A stretch of DNA of 63,677 bases, the filler included, from Kipferlia bialata (Eukaryota): NCBI GenBank assembly GCA_003568945.1. It is 4 parts of 4 records of this genome, joined end to end, with 100 filler letters (N's around TTAATTAATTAA, not from the genome) between each part and the next. Parts side by side here need not be neighbours in the genome. Positions count along the whole stretch, not along the records: positions 38,320 to 57,299 come from BDIP01000447.1; positions 57,400 to 63,677 come from BDIP01000459.1; 2 more parts are not named here. The stretch is one strand, 5' to 3'. The translations under genes and the position numbers were made by a program. The notes under the pieces are model-generated. The model was given only the letters and a program-made list of their open reading frames with translations. It made no database searches and was not told the origin of the DNA. Shown here piece by piece: positions 54,957 to 63,677 of this stretch (the stretch's first letter is position 1; each line of letters starts with the position of its first letter).

Positions 54957-57234
54957 TTCATCAACCACAGGGGGAGGGGGAGGAGGGGTAGGGACCTGAG
55001 ACTACTAGGGTGTAGAGGGAGAGAGAGAGAGAGAATAGCTTCATCAACAACTGGGGTAGGGAGGGGTGGGGACCTGGGTATTAGGGGTGCAGAGGGAGAG
55101 AGAGAGTGTGTGTGTGTGTCCCCATTACCTGCACCACTGGGCTGAATGCGTTGTTGAGTATATGCATATTTTGAATGTACATACAATAGTCTGCGAATAT
55201 GCTATCTAGATTAATAGTAAGTCAATGGTAAGATACATACCTGCACCACCGGGCTGAATGCCTTGTTGGACGGTTTGAAGAACGGGTGGCTGACAAGCAC
55301 AGACCAGCTCATCCTAGAGATTAAAGGGTGTAGAGACAGAGAGAGAGAGAGAGATGACAAGCACAGACCGACTCATCCTAATGATTAAGGGGTGTAGAGA
55401 GAGAGAGAGAGAGAGAGAGAACTTATAACAATACATATATGTATATATACTGTACTATCTATACCTCTCAGCTGGGTCCAGTTTGAGACACCCTCTCTCT
55501 CTCCCTCCCTTTCAATATATATATATATATATACAATACCTCTCCGCTGGGTCCAGCTTGAGACACCCGTTCAACAGATCGGCAAGGTCTCTCTCTCTCT
55601 CCTTCTCTCTCTCTCTCTATATATATCTATATATATACTTATATCTATATATATATACCATACCTCTCCGCTGGGTCCAGCTTCAGACACCCGTTTAACA
55701 GATCGGCAAGGTCGGCAGAGGCAGAGGCAGGGATCTGGAGGGTTATGGATGGTGTGCGGATAGATAGGTAGTATATGATACTGATACTGATACTGATACA
55801 ACAGATCGGCAAGGTCGGCAGAGGCAGAGGAGGGGATCCGTAGGGTTAGGATCGGTAGAGTCTATACATATTCCACACAAATGTACCCAATGCATCCAAT
55901 TCACTCACCTTGACTTGTCCGTGTCTGAGTGTGTTCCTCACAACCTCCCCAGCAGTGGAGCCAGTGTAAGGGGTCTGGGGGGTGAGACATGACACGTACA
56001 AACGTGTGTGTATATAGACACAGAGAGAGAGAACACTCTACACACACCATCCCTATTCCTATATACTAACCCTGTGGAATGCCAGCATGTGTATCACTGC
56101 CCCCAGTGAGTATATGTCACTGGCCACTGAATGGATGCCCCCAGGGATGAGGGTCTCGGGGGCACGGTAGAGGAAGGAGGGGGAGGTCAGAGATTCCCTG
56201 GGGGTTAAGGAGAGAGAGAGGGACTTGGGTGGGGGGGGGGGGCACGGTACAGGAAGGAGGGGGAGGTTAGGGATTCCCTAAGAGTGAGAAGAGTACATTG
56301 ACACAGTATAGGGAGTATATAGGTGTCTCGGGGGTACGGTAGAGGGAGGAGGGGGAGGTTAAAGACTCCATAAAAGTTGGCGAGAGATAGGGAGGGGGCA
56401 GATAGGACAGGTAGGGAGATGATGACCTCTACCTTACATATATATTATTATGTAAATTAGCATCCATACCTTAGTGTCTCCTCTGTCAGGGGTTGTGCCT
56501 CTCTGAACAGGGTGGCCTGCTCAAAGTCATTCAACTTAAGCACACCGTTGCCATCTGCTAACACCTAGGGTTAGCAATTGATAGACATGTATACACAATC
56601 AATGTATATATAGGTGTGGACAGTTACCTTAGCTGGCAATGCAAACCACAGTACAGGGTGTAATTGAACAATTATTCACTATAACTAGTGGGAACCAATT
56701 ATAATAAATCGTTACCTTAGCTGGCTGTAGGTCACAGTACAGGATGCCACTGGCATGGAGATAGTTGAGGGCAGACCTGTGGTAAGGAGGGAGGGAAGGA
56801 AGATAAAGAGAGATGGTTGAGGGTAGACATATATTACTAAACAAACCTAAGATCCGAGACAGAGAGACAATTGAGAGCAGAGATATCAAATGCAGTATAT
56901 ATGATAGTATCTCTGTCTACATAAATGCAATATATACATGGTCCATATATAACTTAGGCGCTGAGCACTCCTCTGGGAACACATATACAGTGTATATGAT
57001 AGTGTCTCTCTCTTTACAAATATATACATTCATAATATACACAGGGTATATCCAATATATACCTCAGGTCTGTGCTGAACATTCTGATGCACTCCTCAAG
57101 GATACATAGAGTGCATATGACAGTGTCTCTCTCTTTACAAATATATACATATATAATATATACACGGTCCAATGTATACCTCAGATCCGTGCTGAACATT
57201 CTGATGCACTCCTCTGGGAAGCCCATGCCCTCGC
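38957..57234 (-). CDS. ULK4: ULK4/RUNKEL-like pseudokinase with C-terminal HEAT/ARM-like region, 5'-partial
   Basis: Kinase exons give FPEECIRMFSTDLRSALNYLHASGILYCDLQPAKVLADGNGVLKLNDFEQA, YRAPETLIPGGIHSVASDIYSLG and LLNGCLKLDPAERMSWSVLVSHPFF. The YCD and GGIHSxASD motifs match RUNKEL/ULK4. A long helical C-terminus follows (IIVCLAVLIR, MLSDASPIPMYGLALLDALL). Tentative stop TAG at 38957-38959. Two internal N gaps. That the whole span is a single gene is inferred. Confidence 0.78.
41195..41711 (-). repeat. Tandem array of acceptor + half-exon copies (5 units, ~110-120 nt period)
   Basis: Units encoding K(T/A)(D/E)RPVSVAE(A)D at ~41242, 41329, 41441, 41550 and 41670, separated by (CT)n(AT)n. 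Confidence 0.9.
42849..43342 (-). repeat. Tandem array of acceptor + half-exon copies (ENVGDTALFA)
   Basis: The intact exon is at ~42849-42917, with copies at ~42995, 43058 (short), 43167 and 43308. Differences are AAT/AAC, GTG/GTT and GCT/GCC. Confidence 0.85.
52361..53217. other. Assembly gap inside the ULK4-like gene (other gaps: 1658-1706, 13263-13353, 50343-50442)
   Basis: N runs without the linker. Several directly adjoin echo arrays. Confidence 0.95.
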
Positions 57235-57245
57235 CTGAGGTAGGA

Positions 57246-57299
<54 letters not shown>

Positions 57300-57399
57300 N
57301 NNNNNNNNNNNNNNNNNNNNNNNNNNNNNNNNNNNNNNNNNNNTTAATTAATTAANNNNNNNNNNNNNNNNNNNNNNNNNNNNNNNNNNNNNNNNNNNN
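57300..57399. other. Artificial scaffold spacer
   Basis: N block with TTAATTAATTAA at 57344-57355. Confidence 0.97.
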
Positions 57400-57435
57400 G
57401 AGGGTGAGAGGGAGGGGGGGGGGGGGGGGGGGGGG

Positions 57436-57467
<32 letters not shown>

Positions 57468-57489
57468 TAGGCTGGGATCCAACCACTTA

Positions 57490-57559
57490 CGCAAACTGCA
57501 TGGACACAAGAGGGAGTACCTTCAAACTCATTGAAGAATGCAACAAAGGCCTCTTCCAT
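57490..57559 (-). CDS. Possible first exon of a gene divergent from the ZIP transporter
   Basis: ATG 57559 begins MEEAFVAFFNEFE, followed by candidate donors (GTACTC, GTAAGT) and then a (CT)n intron-like tract. Too short to identify. Confidence 0.3.
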
Positions 57560-57843
57560 CTCCAGGCTCTATGCCTGTCACTCTAGTGTGTTGGTTATCT
57601 GATAAGACCGACGCACACCGCTACTGGAAGATACAGTGACACTCAGAGACCGCTGGTACGTAGTTGTACTCTCCTAGGCACCTACTGCACTAGAGAGCGG
57701 GCCTGGAAGAGTAGTAGTGCTCTATACAGTTCGGCTCTGCATTCGGGAACAAACCCCTTACTCATTTTACCACAAACACGTACGGTGAGACGACTGGTTC
57801 AGGCCAGACTCTCTCTGACCGGGCTGCAGAGCCCACTAGAGCA

Positions 57844-58523
57844 ATGGATCTGTTAGAAGTACAGCTGTTTGGTGCTCTGGCTATCCTGATAGAGGGTCTC
57901 ATTGGTGGTTCAGTGCCCTTTCTGCTAGGTCAGTCTGTACACATATCTGGATTGGTCGGTGTCGTGTTCCCTGAGTGCTTGTGTATTTGTGTATGTGCAT
58001 TGTCATGCTGTATTACTGTGTACACTGCCATTGTAAGTGCAGTTAAGGAGTGTATTTTGTTCATGAACCCCTCCCCCTCCCCCTCCTCCCCCTCCCCCGT
58101 TCTTCAGGTACCTCTCAATAGTATCAGTGCTCTCTCTCTCTCTCTGATCCCAGCCTTGAGTAGCAGTTCTGGATCATGCATATCACTGACATACTCACAC
58201 ATACACACATACTCTCTCTCTCTCTATGTATATATGTCCATATATGTATATGAGTCATTCCCTCTGACCCCAGCCAAGAGCAGCCGGATCAAGCTGATCC
58301 TGGCCCTGGGCAATGCATTCAGTGGGGGCATCTTTGTAGGTGTGTCCGATGTACCACTGAGCCCCTCTCTCCACACTTATATATACATATATATGTATAT
58401 ATATTATTGTATTATAGTATATGCGCCAGTCTCATTCTCAATCGTCTCTCACTCTCACTTCCATGTAACGCTCCTGTCATGCCACCCACCCCAATGTGCT
58501 GCCTTCATCCACATATCCACATG

Positions 58524-58565
<42 letters not shown>

Positions 58566-61298
58566 TGTCGTTCCCCCTGTAGCGCTTGTATCATAACACT
58601 TGTATCATAGATGTCACCCCAGGCGCTGCCTTCATCCACATGTTCCCAGACGCCATAGAGATGTTTGGAGAGGTGGGGTGGTTGATTCAACTTACCATTG
58701 CTGCGTCAATGACTCTTGCCTGTATATTTCTGAAGTGTATCTCCTCAGTGTCGTAATGACACATTAATGCTCGATACCTGCATCTATCTGACCCCAGGTC
58801 GTAGTGTCTGACTTCCCCTGGGCCATGATGACTGCAGTGCTCACCATATACATGCTCTTCTACATAGAGTGAGTGGGGTGTAATGCATACATGTCAACAT
58901 TTGTGTAGAGTATAGAGTTTATATATGGCTGTCATGTATCATACCCCATCCCTCACCCTAGGTATGTCTTCCTGGACCCAGCTGACCACGAGATGCTGCA
59001 CTCACACGGGGACGAGGAGGGGGTCTCACAGACCAAGGAGGTGTGTTATGTTTTGAGTATATTATTAATATAGACATAGAGGGGGGGGGGGGGTTATCAC
59101 AGACTAAGGAGGTGGGCATGCGTATATACTCCTGCAGACTATGGCAGTGGTGATGAAAGAGTGCAGTGGGAGGAGAGTATGGTAGTGTGTATGACGTACT
59201 CATAAGGATTGCAACGCCCTTAACCCACTGACCCCCATGATACCTTAACACCCTTAACCCCCAGGTCACTGAGCATGATGCAGAGAAGGAGTCCCTGCTT
59301 GGAGGCAATGACGACCACCACGACCACCACCACCACCACTCCCAGTCCTCCCTCAGCACCACCTCTGTCTCCAGTGTGTGGGTGATGCTGGTGGCCATGA
59401 GCATGCACGCACTCATCACAGGTGCGTATATATTACAATGAGGCATGGTGTATGTGTATAGACCCAGTCCCTCTCTACCCCTCAGGTGTGGCCACCGGTG
59501 TCAACACTGACCAGGACTCAGTCACGGCACTCCTGCTCGCTGTGCTGGCACACAAGTGGTGAGTGAGTGTATATTTATATATACATATATATATATACAA
59601 TATATGTATACGTATACAGTTGTAGTATCACAGTATATCCTCCTGCTCTCTGTGCTGGCACACAAGTGGTGAGTGGTTGTAACAATAGATGGATATATCT
59701 ATAAATATACGTATATATCTATATATAGCCAAACTATCCTTACCCCCAGGTGTGAGGTCATGGCTGTCTCCATCCCCATATCCCAGTGCAAGACGCTCTC
59801 CAAGGTGGGCTCACACACTCTATCTTTCCCTTTTAATCGCGTCTGAACCATGTATATACCCTCTATACCCTCAATACCCTATCCCTCACCCCACATGCCA
59901 TGCAGTATCAGTACCAGCGTCATATTATTGTATTTACTGCGTTATTTATTAATATATATCATATTACATATTGATACCCCAGGCCATGCAGTATGCCATG
60001 GCATTCATCTGTCTTAGTCTCTCTCTCTGTTTATCTCTCTGTTTATCTCTCTGTCTATCGTTACTGATGGCTCCTGTCTCTCCCTCTCACCTGTTAGGCC
60101 ATGCAGTATGGCATGGTTGCATTCCTCAGTTGCATGACACCCCTCGGAGTCTGCATAGGTACAGTCTCTCTCTCTCTCTCTGTGGGTGTCAGACGAGCAG
60201 TTCTACTCGTAGCTCTATATTGTAAGTATATGTTTTATCATTACATGACACCCCTCGGAGCATGGCATAGGCACATGTGTGTGTGTGTCTATCTCTGTTT
60301 CAGAAGATGCAGATGTGTGTACCAGTTTCTTTTCTACTTTGTTACAGTATTCCTCTTCTATACATACGTCTGACACCCAGGTTACTATATAACTCGCCCT
60401 TGTATACGTGTATATATATGCGAATACCGGCCATACCAGTATTCTGGTTACTGACCCCCCAGGTGTAGCAGCCCGCCTCTCCATCTCTGACTCTGCCCTC
60501 GACTGGACACAGGCAGTGGCCACAAGCATGTCAGCAGGTGGATATTAGTGACTGCATTAGTGTATTTGTATACATATACATACATAGATATGTATGTATT
60601 ATATATACATTGGTGGCAGTGACTACCAGCATGTCAGCAGGTGTATATTGGTGAATATACATACCTACATATATATGTATGCATTCTTTATACTTTGGTG
60701 GCAGTGGCCACTAGCATGTCAGCAGGTATATATCGGTGTTGGGGTTACATGCGTGTGTATCTGTTAGTAGTATTGCTGTCATATGTCACTGACCCATAGG
60801 CACCTTCACCTACGTGGCCTTTGCCGAGGTCATGATACCCGAGTTCAGTAGGGAGTATGACCACAGGGACAAGACACTATCCAGGAACATCAGATACGGA
60901 AGGTGAGGAAGGAGTGTGTAGGGGTAGGCATTGTGAATGTATCAGATACAGTCTGATACTGATACTGATACTGGACAAGACCCTATCCAGGAACATCAGA
61001 TACAGATGGTGGGGGTGGTACTGATTCTGATACTGAGGGTGGGAACGGTATTATTGTAGTATATCTGGTGCTCATATATACATGTGAGAGAGTCAATAGT
61101 CTTGGTACTTGCCTGTCATGTCCTCCGATACCTACCCTCATCCCAGGTGGCTGATGGCCCTGGGAGTCATAGTATGATATATGTATCATACTATCAATAA
61201 TATGTATCATATCATACCAACCTGTGTTCCCTTATCCCAGGTGGCTGATGGCCCTGGGAGGCACTCTGTTCATGGCGTGGGTGGCCACACTCGAGTGA
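57844..61298 (+). CDS. ZIP (SLC39/Zrt-Irt) zinc/iron transporter
   Basis: Twelve exons splice to MDLLEVQLFGALAILIEGLIGGSVPFLL..LGNAFSGGIFVGAAFIHMFPDA..FPWAMM.., a His-rich loop DDHHDHHHHHS, TM4 MSMHALITGVATG, TM5 AVLAHKWCE, SCMTPLGVCIG, SAGTFTYVAFAEVMIPEF and GTLFMAWVATLE-stop (TGA 61296-61298). Confidence 0.93.
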
Positions 61299-61813
61299 GG
61301 GGTGTGGACTCCATGCTAGGGAGTGATGGGTATGTGGCATGGTTTGAGGGGTGCGGGGATACTGAGGGAGTAAGGGGTATATGATGTGATACCTATCCTC
61401 ATGTTGAGTGTATGTCTCTACTGCCGAATGGCAGGGAGCGTGTAGTTGGGTCAGTGTGTACTCAAACACGATCACATATTGGTAATAGTGTTTGCTCAGC
61501 CTGGTGACACTATATCGCTGTTCACAGCGGGTGTGAGAACCCTCCTTGTCAACAACGACTCCGATTGGACCTTGACTACTGGTCTCTCTAGTGATTAGAA
61601 TATGATCAACAATAGATCAACAATTGTTCGCATATTTGTGTATGTAATCGTGGCACGTATGTGTCCAAATGAGTTCTCATTGAGGCAAGTGTGCTAAACT
61701 CATTTGCTAAAACAATAGCAATAAGTTCGATTTCCAATTTATGATTTGTATGATAAAACCGAGAGTAAGCTCAGATGGCCCAGTCTCACCGCTCACCTCT
61801 TTGAGAGTGTGTC

Positions 61814-62725
61814 ATGTCTCACATCCTCCCACACCTGAAGCATGGGTATGCTGTGGACCAGGTGTGCATGTGTTGTGTATATATATATGGGTGCGATGTG
61901 TGGCTGGTGGTGTGAGTGTCCACACAGAGCAGCAACACTGGTTGACTGTATGTGTACTCTGTTCCCTGTCACCTCTCATGCCCAGGCCATTATGTATGAG
62001 GAGGATAGACTGGTCTGCATCAGATTCGGCCACTCCTACGATGCAGGTAGTGTTCGATGAGCTGACACCGGCTGGGTTGATTTACATTAACGACACAATG
62101 CAATGGTGCTCTGCCTATTTCTATGGCTCTGCTCTGATGCTCTCCCCGCTAGTTATATGTGTATCAGTTCCCTCCCCCCATCCCCGTACATATGGCTCAT
62201 CCCCCTCTGTGACTCTCCATATTCACCCCTCATTTATCACCAAGAGTGCATGGATCATGGGTGCGACACACACACACACATACACACATATATACACGCG
62301 TGTATAGATATGTACTCATATAGTATATAGTATATCCTCACCCCAGAGTGCATGATCATGGATGAGATGCTGTCTGAGATAGCCCCAAAGGTCAGGTGGG
62401 GACACTCAGTGATATTGTTGGGTATATGTAGAGAGTATATGTAGTTCATTCCCTCCCATCAACTATGTACTGCATAAGGGGGATCGGCTCAGGTCACCCC
62501 CCCCCCTCCTCCTTTCCCTCCTCATCATAGCAAGTACTGTGATGTTTGCTGTCTCTCCCCCCCACTCCCATCTCACCATAGGAAGTACTGTGTGGTGTAT
62601 GTTGTCTCTCTCTCTCTCTCCCCCCCTCCCATCTCACTATAGGAAGTACTGTGTGGTGTATGTTGTCTCTCTCTCTCTCTCCCCCCCCTCCCATCTCACC
62701 ATAGGAAGTACTGTGTGGTGTATTT

Positions 62726-62759
<34 letters not shown>

Positions 62760-63324
62760 CTCATCATAGGTAGTACTGTGTGGTGTATTTAGCCCCCCCC
62801 CCCTTTCTCTCTCACACTATAGGAAGTACTGTGTGGTGTATGTGGTTGACATTGCCGAGGTGCCAGACTTCAATGTCATGTATGAGCTGTACGACCCGTA
62901 CTGCATCATGTTCTTCTACAGGTATATATATATACAAATATATATGTATACAGGTACCGTATATGTGATTATATATTGTATGTTGTATGTGTTTGTATAT
63001 TGTATGTCATTCTCTTCATATCTGTTTCTGCATCATGTTCTTCTACAGGTACCGGTTAATATTTATATGTATGGATGGGTCTATTCTTCTCTGTATATAC
63101 ATCTGATATCAGGAACAAGCACATTTAGATGTACATATGTATGTATTCCTATCTCTCTCTTATTACTGCATGCATCTGCACACATATCTCTAGAGTATAC
63201 TATATTTCCAATACCAGGAACAAGCACATCCAGGTTGATATGTCCACTGGAGACAACAACAAGATCAACTTCCTCCTGTCCAGTGAGCAGGAGCTGATTG
63301 ATATCCTGGAGGCCACATTTGTAG
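61814..63324 (+). CDS. TXNL4A: U5 snRNP thioredoxin-like protein Dim1/Dib1, 3'-partial
   Basis: Exons 61814-61861, 61986-62046, 62347-62395, 62823-62921 and 63218-63324 give MSHILPHLKHGYAVDQAIMYEEDRLVCIRFGHSYDAECMIMDEMLSEIAPKVRKYCVVYVVDIAEVPDFNVMYELYDPYCIMFFYRNKHIQVDMSTGDNNKINFLLSSEQELIDILEATFV. The last exon was not found in the window. Confidence 0.95.
62495..62845 (+). repeat. Tandem array of six 3' splice sites + exon start in DIM1 intron 3 (51-65 nt period)
   Basis: YATAG-(G/C)(A/T)AGTACTGTG motif with AG at 62529, 62580, 62641, 62703, 62768 and 62821. Confidence 0.92.
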
Positions 63325-63677
63325 GTAGGATACATACACTACTTATTTACTTTGATACTATATATACATATGCTTCTATATATATACTGTTACTGATTGA
63401 CATCCTAAAGGCCACATTTGTAGGTAGGATATGGATACATTGACTATAGATACTCTTAATTCATACACTATGATACTGATTGAAATCCTGGAGTTCAGTC
63501 ATGTAGGTATGGGTCGTGTGTGTATATTGGAAACATAGAGAGAATGGATTCTCACCCTCCTAATGCCTGAATACTTTGTATTTATATATATATATATATC
63601 CCGTATATATAAATATATAAACGGGAGAGACGAGCCCCCCCCCCCCCCCCCCCCCCCCTTCTTTTTGCCGTTTTCTT

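Noticed and set aside
62495..62845. CRISPR-like look of regularly spaced ~25-nt repeats (also 1500-1953 and 41195-41711)
   Set aside because: The repeats are splice site plus exon start, the spacers are related low-complexity tracts, the context is a eukaryotic intron and there are no cas genes.
63621..63677. Minus strand reads GKKK(G)n..LVSP, like the missing DIM1 last exon (GARKGRGLVVSP) but inverted
   Set aside because: The frame is broken by a 24-nt homopolymer at a low-quality end. It is probably chance or a terminal misassembly and needs raw reads to judge.

Overview
This is eukaryotic, extremely intron-dense protist genomic DNA. Exons are short (mostly about 40-150 nt), introns are GT-AG and packed with (TA)n, (CT)n and (GA)n microsatellites, and a CTNAC branch-like motif sits only 7-9 nt before the 3' AG. 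That style resembles a free-living fornicate/metamonad such as Kipferlia (inference from style only). The window is four unrelated scaffolds joined by artificial N-TTAATTAATTAA-N spacers: 1-19107, 19208-38219, 38320-57299 and 57400-63677. Genes reconstructed by hand-splicing are a very large unknown helical protein, VPS4, an intronless pentapeptide-repeat ORF, an RTEL1-like Fe-S helicase, prefoldin 6, a USP47/USP40-like deubiquitinase, a ULK4/RUNKEL-like pseudokinase, a ZIP metal transporter and DIM1/TXNL4A. The standout feature is a pervasive system of intronic 'exon-edge echoes'. These are 1-5 tandem copies of one splice site plus half of the neighbouring exon, with acceptor copies upstream and donor copies downstream of the intact exon. 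Many differ from the intact exon mostly at synonymous positions, although they do not look like complete exons. They create nested donor-donor-acceptor-acceptor introns. Exon coordinates were read by eye and may be off by a few bases.
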